Below are positions 31,320 to 41,021 of a stretch of DNA of 64,000 bases, piece after piece. How positions within the stretch are numbered: the stretch's first letter is position 1; each line of letters starts with the position of its first letter. Below the pieces are notes generated by a model that saw nothing but the letters and a program-made list of their open reading frames with translations, did no database searches and was not told where the DNA came from. This stretch comes from Clostridia bacterium (GTDB lineage Bacteria; Bacillota; Clostridia; Christensenellales; Aristaeellaceae): contig JAFUBA010000007.1 of NCBI GenBank assembly GCA_017460395.1, forward strand, positions 7,652 through 71,651, in the 5' to 3' direction. Position numbers and translations under genes: made by a program.

Positions 31320-31730
31320 GCCCTGGATGCCTCCTTTCTGCTCGCAGTTCATCCTGATGCATTTCACTTGTTCCCTGGGAATTCACTCTTCGTGGGACAC
31401 ATCTTCATGTTCCTGATTGGACGGTTCTGGAGCAGATCTGTCATCGGTCTGACACGCAGGGGGAATGGTTGAATCATGGTTTGTCTGCAGCTGCAGAATT
31501 GGCACCCAGTGTATGATGGTTTCTCTTCATCACAGACACCGCGTAACCAGCGCTTTTGGGGAACCGTGTTTCCCTGCGTCTATTCTACCAGTTTCACATG
31601 TCCAATGCAAACCGCCGTGGCTCGCCAAACGGGTATCTGTACCCGTTCCCGGAACGATTTGGAGGGATCAGAGAGGGTCTATAGCAGGCAGAAGAGATGC
31701 AAAAAATCATGCCTGCTTTTAAATTTTCTG

Positions 31731-31759
31731 TAGACGTCAGGTGCCTTATTAGGTACAAT
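31731..31759 (+). promoter_or_regulatory. Candidate promoter of the SNF2 gene
   Basis: TAGACG, 17-nt spacer, TACAAT, about 55 nt upstream of the ATG at 31816. Confidence 0.4.
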
Positions 31760-31815
31760 GAAGAGCGGCACTTTCGCAAAAGCGCTGTGCCATAGCACAC
31801 AGACTGGAGAAACCC

Positions 31816-34800
31816 ATGGCAGATCAAACCGTAAACACCGCACAGGAGTCTGACTCCTGGCGTTCCCTATTTACCGAAAAGCAGCTGGAGACCGGAAAAA
31901 AGGCCTTTGAGGATGGACAGGTGGCGTATCTGACCCCCGAGGGAGAAAACTGTACCGCGCTGCTGGTCACGCCCTACGGCGGGCGCTATCATCTGGATTT
32001 GAGAAGTCCCCTCAAGGGAAGCACCTGGAAAAACACACCTCTTCGCTGCAACTGCAGAGAGAACCAGACTTCCCGTGCGACCAAATGGAACACGCGGGAC
32101 GGTGCCGTGACGCCAAAGCCATCCACATGGGTCAAGTGCGACCACATGGTGCCGGTCTTCTATGCATGGGAAGCACTGCATGGGCCTTGGGAAAACGGCA
32201 ATTCTGACGGCGACAAGACTGAAACAAAGAAGACTGCACCTGTCGGGAGTCCATCTCCCGCCGTGAAGCCCGTTTCCCGCGTCTCCCCGAAGCTTTCGCC
32301 TCTCTCGGCCCTTGAGGAAGCATGGCAGCAGGGCAGCCTTGAGACCATGCCGGTCCTGGATGTGCTCAATCACGCACCCACGACATGCCCCTCGTGGTGG
32401 GATGTGCGCAGTGCCATGTCCACTTTTTCCAAAAATCAGACCAACCGCTTCTTTGCGGACCGCCTCCCATTCCTCCTCCGGGTCGGTCCCACCAATCCAT
32501 TCACCTCTTCTGAGACACCGGACGGCTTAAGGAAACTGTCCTACCACCAGCTGTTTCGTTCCGATACAGGCGATGTGCGGGACGAGGGCACCGCAACGGT
32601 CACCATCATCGGGCGGCACATCCGCGACAGCAGCTGCACAGCACTCCGGTGCCGGACGCTGGGCATCATGTGTCACCACCAGATGGCCTGCTGGTCCTTC
32701 CTGTGGGACTGGGTCAACCGCCACCCCGTGGAGGATATGACGGACCCGGGTGTCGGGCAGATGATGGATCTTCTTTCCTGGAAACCCGTGGATACGGGCG
32801 AGATGAGCGTGGAATTCAAAAGCCACGCCCACGAAAAGCTCCCGTCCCTCTCCCTTACACCCCGTCTGCTCACAGACCGGACCCCTTTTCGCTTCGGCTT
32901 CCGGCTTGGACGCAGGTCCGGGCGGCAGATCATCCTCAAAAATCCCTATGAAATGCTGGTGGCAGAGCGAAACGGGGACCTGTATCAGCTGTCCAAGAAT
33001 GAGCTGGTAGACTTTGCCAGAGAGACCTTCATGCCCGAGTGCGAGGAGGATGTCAGACTCCTTCGGGACCGGGTGCTTCAGGAGGAAAACCAGCGGGACT
33101 ACCTCACCAACGACTCCACCTGGCGGCTGGAAAAAACCTGGGTGGACCGCTTCTATGACCTGCATGAGCACGAGTCCGTTGCCCAGGAAAACAGCCTGAA
33201 GTCTCTGACCACGCTGTCCCTGGACCACCACCCCTTTTCCGTATTGATCAAGGCCACGAAGGCCAAAGACATCATGGGGCAGATGATCGCCCTGGAGATC
33301 GCCTGTGTTCTGCCGCCCCGCATCCACGGAGCCATGAGCATCTATGCCTGGTCAAGCCAGTACATCTCCCGCATGACCCCCGATGAAATGAAGGTTGTGC
33401 GCGGGATTGAGTCTTTGATGCCCCAGAATGCCCGCCTTGTCCAGAGTGGTGAAACGCAGGTACGCTTCCGCCTCGGGCTTCCCGCGATCCCCCACTTCTT
33501 TGCCCATATTCTCCCGCGCATCCTGGAAGTGCCCGGGGTGACCTTCAAATGCGACTGCGAGGAAGAAATCCGGGCCATGCTGCCGCTGGAGCCTTCTTTC
33601 TCCTTCTATCTCGATCTCGTCGGTAAACAGCTGACCTGCCGCTGCAAGGTGGATTATGACGGTATCATCTTCTATCTGCCCCAGTCGGACGATACGGAGG
33701 TGGAATCAGCGGAGGGCATTGTCAGGGACAGGTATACGGAGAACCATACCCGCGAAGTCCTGAATGCCATTTTCCCGAACTATACGCCCACCAACCGTCT
33801 CTACTCCAGAAAGACCGACGACGCATCCCTCTTTCTCTTCCTCAGGAGCGGCTATCAGCGGCTGGAGAACATTGGACACGTGTATACAACCAAGGCCATC
33901 CAGAAGCTGAAGATGAGGAGTCTTTCGTCCATCAGTGTGGATGTCTCGGTCAACAGCGGTCTTCTGGATCTCTCCCTTCAGTCCTCGAACCTTTCCCAGG
34001 ACGAGCTGCTTGAAATCTGGGAGAGCTATGAAAAGCACCAGACGTTCTTCCGCCTGAAGTCCGGCGAGTTCGTGGACCTGACGGACGACGATGCCCTGCA
34101 CGACCTGTCCCTTTTCATGCAGAATCTGCACCTGCAGCCCAGGGATGTGCAGCATAAGCAGCTTCAGATCCCGATGTACCGGGCACTGTACCTGAGCAGC
34201 ATGCTCATGGACCGCGACGACCTCCTCTTCCAGAAGGACGGAGAATTCACCGCCTTCGTGGACCGCTTTGCGAGCGCCAGGGAGAAGGGATTCCCGGTGC
34301 CACAGGATTTTCAGAAAGTCCTGCGGCCATACCAGGAGGAGGGCTATGTATGGCTGCGCACGCTCTATGAATCCGGTCTCGGCGGTATTCTGGCCGACGA
34401 GATGGGCCTTGGCAAAACCGTCCAGATGATTGCGCTTCTGCGCGCCTGCCTCGACGAAAACCCGGACTTCACAGCCCTCATTATCTGCCCGGCATCTTTG
34501 GTATATAACTGGCTGGAGGAGCTGCACCGCTTCGCCCCCTCGATCCGCTGCTGCGTTGTGTCTGGTCAGGCAGCCCAGCGTCAGAGCATGCTCCAGCTCC
34601 TGGAGTACCGCATGCAGGAAGGCGGACAAAAGGACGAGGACTCCCCGGATGTCTATATCACCTCCTATAATCTGATGTCCCGCGATATATCGCTGTGGGA
34701 GCCGGTGGGCCTGGACCTGTGTGTGCTGGACGAGGCACAGTACATCAAAAACCTCAATGCCGGCGTCAGCAAGTCCGTGCGCCTCATCCGCGCATCCCAC

Positions 34801-35724
34801 CGCTTTGCCCTCACCGGTACGCCCATTGAAAACCGCCTGAGCGAACTGTGGTCCATCTTCGACTTCCTTATGCCCGGCTTCCTCTACAGCCAGGCAGAGT
34901 TCCGCAGCTATTTTGAGGAGCCCATCTCACACCTGGGTGATGCAGAGGCCACGGAGCGCCTGCGAAAGATGACGGGACCCTTCATCCTCAGGCGCCTCAA
35001 GCAGGACGTATTGCGCGATCTTCCGGAGAAGCTGGAGGAGGTGCGCTATGTCACGATGGAGGAAGACCAGCGGCGCATCTACGATGCCCAGGTCGCCCAC
35101 ACCATGTCTGTCCTGCGCATGCCGGACAGCAAAATGCAGACCTTCACGGAGCTCATGCGCCTGAGGCAGACCTGCTGCGATCCGTCTTTGTACCTTCGCG
35201 ACTATACCGGTTCCTCCGCCAAGCGTGCCGGGTGCCTGGACCTGATCCAGAGCGCCATGGACGGCGGTCACAGGATGCTGGTCTTCTCCCAGTTTACCTC
35301 CATGCTGGCGCTTCTGGAGAAAGACCTCGTTGAGCATGGCATTGAGTACTTTAAGATCACCGGCGAAACGCCGAAGGAAAAGCGGCTGGAGCTGGTCAGC
35401 CAGTTCAACCGCAGCGATGTTCCGGTCTTCCTCATCTCCCTCAAGGCGGGCGGCACCGGCCTGAACCTGACCGGTGCTGACATCGTCATCCACTATGACC
35501 CCTGGTGGAACCTGGCGGCTCAGAACCAGGCTACCGACCGTGCCCACCGCATCGGCCAGACCCGGCAGGTCGTGGTCTACCGCCTGATTGCCAAGGATAC
35601 CATCGAGGAGAAGATTCTCCAGCTACAGAACACCAAAAAGGACCTGGCAGATTCCATTCTCTCCGGCGATCATACATCGCTTCTGTCTCTGAGTCCGGAG
35701 GAACTGATGAGCCTTCTGTCCTGA
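31816..35724 (+). CDS. SWIM zinc-finger / SNF2-family helicase
   Basis: SWIM CxC...CxH (CNCRENQ...CDHMVP). SNF2 motifs LADEMGLGKTVQ, VLDEAQYIKN and DRAHRIGQTRQVVVYRL. Confidence 0.9.
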   Translation: MADQTVNTAQESDSWRSLFTEKQLETGKKAFEDGQVAYLTPEGENCTALLVTPYGGRYHLDLRSPLKGSTWKNTPLRCNCRENQTSRATKWNTRDGAVTPKPSTWVKCDHMVPVFYAWEALHGPWENGNSDGDKTETKKTAPVGSPSPAVKPVSRVSPKLSPLSALEEAWQQGSLETMPVLDVLNHAPTTCPSWWDVRSAMSTFSKNQTNRFFADRLPFLLRVGPTNPFTSSETPDGLRKLSYHQLFRSDTGDVRDEGTATVTIIGRHIRDSSCTALRCRTLGIMCHHQMACWSFLWDWVNRHPVEDMTDPGVGQMMDLLSWKPVDTGEMSVEFKSHAHEKLPSLSLTPRLLTDRTPFRFGFRLGRRSGRQIILKNPYEMLVAERNGDLYQLSKNELVDFARETFMPECEEDVRLLRDRVLQEENQRDYLTNDSTWRLEKTWVDRFYDLHEHESVAQENSLKSLTTLSLDHHPFSVLIKATKAKDIMGQMIALEIACVLPPRIHGAMSIYAWSSQYISRMTPDEMKVVRGIESLMPQNARLVQSGETQVRFRLGLPAIPHFFAHILPRILEVPGVTFKCDCEEEIRAMLPLEPSFSFYLDLVGKQLTCRCKVDYDGIIFYLPQSDDTEVESAEGIVRDRYTENHTREVLNAIFPNYTPTNRLYSRKTDDASLFLFLRSGYQRLENIGHVYTTKAIQKLKMRSLSSISVDVSVNSGLLDLSLQSSNLSQDELLEIWESYEKHQTFFRLKSGEFVDLTDDDALHDLSLFMQNLHLQPRDVQHKQLQIPMYRALYLSSMLMDRDDLLFQKDGEFTAFVDRFASAREKGFPVPQDFQKVLRPYQEEGYVWLRTLYESGLGGILADEMGLGKTVQMIALLRACLDENPDFTALIICPASLVYNWLEELHRFAPSIRCCVVSGQAAQRQSMLQLLEYRMQEGGQKDEDSPDVYITSYNLMSRDISLWEPVGLDLCVLDEAQYIKNLNAGVSKSVRLIRASHRFALTGTPIENRLSELWSIFDFLMPGFLYSQAEFRSYFEEPISHLGDAEATERLRKMTGPFILRRLKQDVLRDLPEKLEEVRYVTMEEDQRRIYDAQVAHTMSVLRMPDSKMQTFTELMRLRQTCCDPSLYLRDYTGSSAKRAGCLDLIQSAMDGGHRMLVFSQFTSMLALLEKDLVEHGIEYFKITGETPKEKRLELVSQFNRSDVPVFLISLKAGGTGLNLTGADIVIHYDPWWNLAAQNQATDRAHRIGQTRQVVVYRLIAKDTIEEKILQLQNTKKDLADSILSGDHTSLLSLSPEELMSLLS

Positions 35725-35736
35725 GCACATATCCTA

Positions 35737-35761
35737 CGCCCTGCGCTGCAGGGCGCTTTTT
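35737..35761 (+). terminator. Intrinsic terminator
   Basis: CGCCCTGC / GCAGGGCG stem, 3-nt loop, T5 tract. Confidence 0.65.
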
Positions 35762-36073
35762 CTGTCCTCTCATATGCACCGCAGCGCGAGCACATATCCC
35801 CCCGAAGACTGAAAGCCGCTACCCTGCATATACTCCAAAGGCGCATGCAGACGCTGTTAATGCACATTTCTGATGCTCCCTCAGGTCCATCTCATTGTGT
35901 GTACGCCTGACTGACATCCTGTCAGCCTTTCGTGCCTCTCAGGGAAAAATGGAGCTTCCAGAAGATAGCCAAGATTCATCGCAGGTGAGGTCATCCTACC
36001 TGCAAAGAGCGCATAAGCGTCTATGTGACAATCGAAAAGGCCTGAAGCCAGTCTGGCCTCAGGTCCTTTTCGC

Positions 36074-36829
36074 TTACAGATGACGACGGATCTGTGCAAT
36101 ATAATCCCCGTCAATCACATCATATCTGTCTTCCGGCGGATAGAGCGCGCCGCCATAGAAGATATCCCGGTTGTTCTGCGTGGAGGGATCCACATAGGAG
36201 CGGAACTTCGCGATATGAATCTGGTCACAGCCCGTATACTCTACGATTCGATCAATGTTCTTGAGATTCACACCGGCACCCGGCAGAATCTGGATGGCCC
36301 CCTGCGCAAACTCGATCATTTCCCGGATCACATCAATTCCATAGAACACATCCGGCGCCTGACCACTGGTCAGCACTCGATCCACGCCGATCTCGATAAG
36401 CTGTGAGAGCATCTTTTTCCAGTCATCTGCCACATCGATCGCTCTATGGAACACCTTGGTCTTCTTACCTGCCATCCTGGTCAGTTCCTTCGTACGCTCC
36501 ACGTCCAGCGAGCCGTCCTCCTTCAGGAAGCCGAACACCAGACCGTCCGTCCCATTTTCCAGAAGCTTTTCTGCATCCCGAAGGGCTGTTTTGTACTCTG
36601 CATCCGTGTAGCAGAACCCGCCCTGACGGGGCCGGACCATGGTCATAATCGGAATGGATACGCTTTCCTTGGCCACGATCAGCTCACCCACTGACGGTGT
36701 CAGTCCGCCATGGAACAGACAGGAATTCAGTTCTACTCGATCCGCACCACCGCGAACAGCCTGCAGTACATCCTCCACGCTGCCGCAGCAGACTTCCAAC
36801 AGATACTTTCTGTCCTGCATATGTTGCAT
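36074..36829 (-). CDS. cutC: CutC-family protein
   Basis: LEVCCGSVEDVLQAVRGGADRVELNSCLFHGGLTPS is the typical CutC N-terminus. Length 251 aa. Confidence 0.85.
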   Translation of the reverse strand: MQHMQDRKYLLEVCCGSVEDVLQAVRGGADRVELNSCLFHGGLTPSVGELIVAKESVSIPIMTMVRPRQGGFCYTDAEYKTALRDAEKLLENGTDGLVFGFLKEDGSLDVERTKELTRMAGKKTKVFHRAIDVADDWKKMLSQLIEIGVDRVLTSGQAPDVFYGIDVIREMIEFAQGAIQILPGAGVNLKNIDRIVEYTGCDQIHIAKFRSYVDPSTQNNRDIFYGGALYPPEDRYDVIDGDYIAQIRRHL

Positions 36830-36996
36830 CCACCTTTCACAATATGTCTTCGAAAAATATCATTTTCTACCATTCATCAGTGCCCTTTCTCGTGTTCCGG
36901 AATCTTTTGCATTCTGGATGCGGGCTGTAGCATAACAGTCAGTCTCAGGATCCAGTATGTTTATGAGCAGTGACTTGCATGTCGACTGCTGATTGT

Positions 36997-38712
36997 TCAG
37001 GAAATTCTTGCTATCCGTGCGCGTTTTTCACAGAAAGCCATAGCATATTGAAGACGCATTGTATAGCCTTCATAGATCAGTTGGCTTTCATATTTCATTC
37101 GAATTGCCTGACTGACTCCCTCCTGTAGTGCAGCTTCCATCTTTTCTTCGATCGTCTTTTCGTATGCCATGTCCTTCACTTTGGCACCTTCTTTTTTCAG
37201 GTGTTTGAGTTCCAGAATCAAGCTCCTGTTCCGCGCCATATCCAGGATGATCAGATCACTTCTGCCGTAACCTGTCTCCCTCTCTGACTGGACACGATAG
37301 CCCATACCCGTAAAAAAGCCATCCAGAATCAGGTGATAGCTGTATTCATGGTACTCGTGGTAAAAAGACAAGGTCGCTTCCAAAATCTGATTCATGGCTT
37401 TCTGCGCCATCTCAGTTTGTCCAGCCCAGAGAGCATTAACCAGATCTCCTACAAAAACATTGTCTACTTTGTCTTTGAAATACGACCACACTTCCATTTG
37501 GAATGCTTTTTGAATCGATCTGTTGGGAATGCGTAGTGGCATGCGTAATGGTCTTCCCTCGACTGCCCTGGTAAGGTACCCTGTCTCAACGAGTGCAGAC
37601 CAAAGATTTTCTCCTCTATCATGGATTCGATGATAAGGCACACATTCATCGACAACGCATTCAATGGTACCGCCGGCAAGAAGCTGCTCAAACCGTTCAT
37701 TTACATCCGTTGTTTTCCCAAGAAATCCATGAATAAGATCCTGAGCGGATTCCGATGTGCCAACCCAATAGCTCTCCGGTCCTCTGTATTCATCATAGCT
37801 GCCACTCAGCTTTGCCTGTACAAACGACAACACATCCCATGGACAATACATCCTCTGCCGCCCAAAGATATACCCATCATACCATTCCTTAACCGTATCG
37901 TAGAGATCAGATAAGTCCGCATCCTTCAGAAGTTTCCTGACATCCTCATCCGTAAAACCGATGTATGACGCATACAAAGGAGAAAAAACAGAGTATGAAA
38001 TGATGTTATTGACGCCAGTATATGTACTGTTTTTCACTGTATACAGGCAACCGGACAGAATCACACCCTGTATATTGCTGTTCGTTTTGCAGACATGGCT
38101 GAGCATACGCTCAACCATATCTCTGACTTGTTCATAGTGAGATGTATCAAGAGCTTTTGCCATAGGAACGTCATATTCATCAATTATAACAAATACTGGC
38201 TTGCCAAAATGCTTTTTCAGCATATCGCCTATGATCTCCAATGCACGCTCCATCGTGGCCTGATTTCCTTCTTGCTTCCACAGCGTCTCAAAAAGAGCTT
38301 TGCTGACATCACTCACCTTCGTGCTGCTCATAAGAAACGAATTGTCTTCACACAGTTTGGAAATGGTACCAGCGAAATTCTGTAGAACCTTGTCAAAATC
38401 ATCCCCAGTGACTGCTTTCATCGAAATGAACATCACCGGATACTGATTCATGTACTTACTTACTACATCCGGATAGTCCATGATTTTCAACCCTTCGAAG
38501 ATGTCTTTGCTGTCTTGAAGGATATCCAGAAAATCCCGGAACATCGTCATGGTCATCGTTTTTCCAAACCTGCGGGGCCTCGTGAACAGAACAGCTTTTT
38601 CAAACCACTTGTCAAGATATTCTACGATCAAATCTGTCTTGTCCACATAATAGGCACCATTTTCTCGAAGCTGTCGGAATGAATCATCTGATTTCATTAT
38701 ATGGACTTTCAT
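36997..38712 (-). CDS. AAA-ATPase_like plus PD-(D/E)XK (PDDEXK_9-type) protein, full length
   Basis: YYVDKTDLIVEYL and RPRRFGKTMTMTMF in the N-terminal part. The C-terminal nuclease motif is intact: GYGRSDLIILD...LILELKH. AT-rich relative to flanks. AAGGAG lies 6 nt upstream. Confidence 0.8.
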   Translation of the reverse strand: MKVHIMKSDDSFRQLRENGAYYVDKTDLIVEYLDKWFEKAVLFTRPRRFGKTMTMTMFRDFLDILQDSKDIFEGLKIMDYPDVVSKYMNQYPVMFISMKAVTGDDFDKVLQNFAGTISKLCEDNSFLMSSTKVSDVSKALFETLWKQEGNQATMERALEIIGDMLKKHFGKPVFVIIDEYDVPMAKALDTSHYEQVRDMVERMLSHVCKTNSNIQGVILSGCLYTVKNSTYTGVNNIISYSVFSPLYASYIGFTDEDVRKLLKDADLSDLYDTVKEWYDGYIFGRQRMYCPWDVLSFVQAKLSGSYDEYRGPESYWVGTSESAQDLIHGFLGKTTDVNERFEQLLAGGTIECVVDECVPYHRIHDRGENLWSALVETGYLTRAVEGRPLRMPLRIPNRSIQKAFQMEVWSYFKDKVDNVFVGDLVNALWAGQTEMAQKAMNQILEATLSFYHEYHEYSYHLILDGFFTGMGYRVQSERETGYGRSDLIILDMARNRSLILELKHLKKEGAKVKDMAYEKTIEEKMEAALQEGVSQAIRMKYESQLIYEGYTMRLQYAMAFCEKRARIARIS

Positions 38713-38961
38713 CGTTTTCTCCTTTGTCTCTGCTATGCCTGTATGGCACTATCAGGAAGCACTTTGAGATGCACTCAGCCTCCCTTTTCCTCCCTGGTCA
38801 TCTTTCAGATCTTCCTCAAAGATCATGGCGATCGTTGCTTCTTTTCCTTGTGCAGTGCCTGGCAGGAGACTGAATGTTCACTGGAAACGAAAGATACCGG
38901 GGTAAATCTGTGTCAGATTTACCCCGATCTGTTTCCATGTCCTGCTAAAAGCAGATATCGA

Positions 38962-40743
38962 TCACCCGTAAATCGGTCCGAAGTGCTTGCATGCCTGATA
39001 ATCCGCAGCCTGCATGTCTTCCGTCCCGTAGGCTGCCCAGCAGTGCGGCCGGTATACCTTGTCCTCGGGCACATTGTGCATGCTCACAGGGATTCTCAGC
39101 ATGGATGCCAGTGTGATCAGGTCCGCACCCACATGTCCATACACCGTGACGCCATGGTTGGCAGTCCAGTTGGCCATGACGGAATATACATCCTTGAACG
39201 CGCCTTCCCCGGTGATTCGCGGAGCAAACCAGGTGGTGGGCCAGGTGGGATCGGTCCGCTTGTCCAGAATATCATGGACCTCATCCGGCAGTGTCACCGT
39301 GGTGCCCTCTGCGATCTGCAGCACCGGTCCCAGACCATCCACAATACTGACCCTCAGCATGGTCACAGGAATCTCTGCCTGCGTCCTGAAATGGCTGGAG
39401 AACCCGCCGCCCCTGAAGTACTGATAATCTGCTCTGCACCAGTCCGTGGCCTTCAGGCATGCCTGGATGTCCTCCTCGGTCATTTCCCAGAAGGGCTTAT
39501 GGCAGTGCTCGCCCTGCGCATTGACACAGGCCGCCGTACCGTCGAGGGCTGTGGCACCGGAGTTGATCAGGTGAATGAAGCCTCCGGCCGCATTGCCGGT
39601 CACCTCATACCCTGTAACCCGCTTCACGGATTCAGGGCTCCAGTAGGTCCTGACATCGTGGAAGCAGGGAGCTGTGCCGCTCACCAGCGTGCCAAGCAGC
39701 ATGGAAATACCATTCAGAGTATCGTTCTCCGTGGCGAAAGCCGTGGGCATCTTGGGTCCGTTCCAGTCAAAGGAGGATGCCATGATCGCCTCGGTAAAGT
39801 CTGCATTTGGCAGCCAGTCCGTCCACTGCCGCTGGCCCTGGAAACCGCCGGCCACGGCATTCTTGCCCAGAGCCTCCTCGTGCCAGCCCATCTCATCCAG
39901 CTTCTTGTTGCCATAGAGGATGTCACGGACGATCAGAGAGAACTTGGCGATGAACTCCCAGTCCTTGTCCGCCGGCACCACCTTGCTGCGACGGATGATC
40001 TCGGGCAGGTCCAGACCTGCATTCTTGTCAAAGCCCTCGGGGCAGTTGGCCCGGATCCATGCAAATGCCTTCTCATACTCTTCGTGATCGTAGATTTCCA
40101 GCGTCATCCTTCTCAGGATCTCTGTCATGTCCACCCATTCGGCACGAATACCAAAATACTGCTGGAAGACATTGGTTGCGCAGTATGCGCCCATGATGCC
40201 CATGGCGACGCCACCGATGTTCACATAGGACTTGTTCTTCATCCAGCCAACGGCCACAGCACACCTGGCAAAGCGAAGCAGCTTTTCCTTCACGTCCTCC
40301 GGGATCGTCGTATCCCCAATGTCCTGCACGTCTCGGCCATAGATCGAGAAGGCCGGCAGCCCCTTCTGTGCATAGGCAGCCAGCACGGCTGCCAGGTACA
40401 CGGCACCGGGCCGCTCTGTGCCGTTGAAGCCCCACACTGCCTTGATGGTCAGCGGGTTCATGTCAAAGGTCTCCATGCCATAGCACCAGCAGGGTGTCAC
40501 AGAAAGCGTGGCTACCACGTTCTGGGTGGAGAAGTACTCCTCGCATCTGGCAGCCTCAGCTCCGCCGCCGATGGTGCAGGGCGATATCACAACCTCCACA
40601 GGGTGGCCGTCCGGATACCGGAGCGTCTCGATCAGGGCCTTTGCAGCCTTCGCCAGATCCATGGTCTGCTTCTCCAGACCTTCACGGATGCCACCCCAGC
40701 GTCCGTCAATGACGGGGCGAATACCGATCTTTGGATACATCAT
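38962..40743 (-). CDS. fucI: L-fucose isomerase
   Basis: [25 protein letters not shown] closely parallels the FucI N-terminus. Length is about 593 aa. GGAGG lies 8 nt upstream of the ATG at 40743. Confidence 0.9.
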   Translation of the reverse strand: MMYPKIGIRPVIDGRWGGIREGLEKQTMDLAKAAKALIETLRYPDGHPVEVVISPCTIGGGAEAARCEEYFSTQNVVATLSVTPCWCYGMETFDMNPLTIKAVWGFNGTERPGAVYLAAVLAAYAQKGLPAFSIYGRDVQDIGDTTIPEDVKEKLLRFARCAVAVGWMKNKSYVNIGGVAMGIMGAYCATNVFQQYFGIRAEWVDMTEILRRMTLEIYDHEEYEKAFAWIRANCPEGFDKNAGLDLPEIIRRSKVVPADKDWEFIAKFSLIVRDILYGNKKLDEMGWHEEALGKNAVAGGFQGQRQWTDWLPNADFTEAIMASSFDWNGPKMPTAFATENDTLNGISMLLGTLVSGTAPCFHDVRTYWSPESVKRVTGYEVTGNAAGGFIHLINSGATALDGTAACVNAQGEHCHKPFWEMTEEDIQACLKATDWCRADYQYFRGGGFSSHFRTQAEIPVTMLRVSIVDGLGPVLQIAEGTTVTLPDEVHDILDKRTDPTWPTTWFAPRITGEGAFKDVYSVMANWTANHGVTVYGHVGADLITLASMLRIPVSMHNVPEDKVYRPHCWAAYGTEDMQAADYQACKHFGPIYG

Positions 40744-41021
40744 GTGTGTTGCCTCCTTCAAGTTTGCTTTTATTTCCTTCGCTTCGCGATTCACGTGCGT
40801 AATACGGCAGCACCTCCATGGAACCATGGTACAGGCCTTTGCGTCTGATGGCGTGAACTTCCAAACGTCTCAGCCATACCCTCCATGGCCATTCGGTGAT
40901 ACCGGTACTGCTGATCTGTCTCAGCAAATACCGTCAGAACACTCTGCAGATTCTCTGACTTCTCGGGGTCCAGATCCAGTACAGGATCCCGATGAACCGG
41001 CAGCCCCGCGGCGCCGCGCTG

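Noticed and set aside
31683-31717. Hairpin AGCAGGCA-N19-TGCCTGCT followed by a T-rich stretch, considered as a terminator
   Set aside because: No plus-strand gene ends upstream of it and the loop is long. It may be a leader or operator structure of the SNF2 promoter region, but there is no support for a terminator call.
38701-40848. 715-aa ORF antisense to fucI
   Set aside because: The opposite strand matches L-fucose isomerase along its full length. The antisense product is Arg/His/Gly-rich junk with no RBS.
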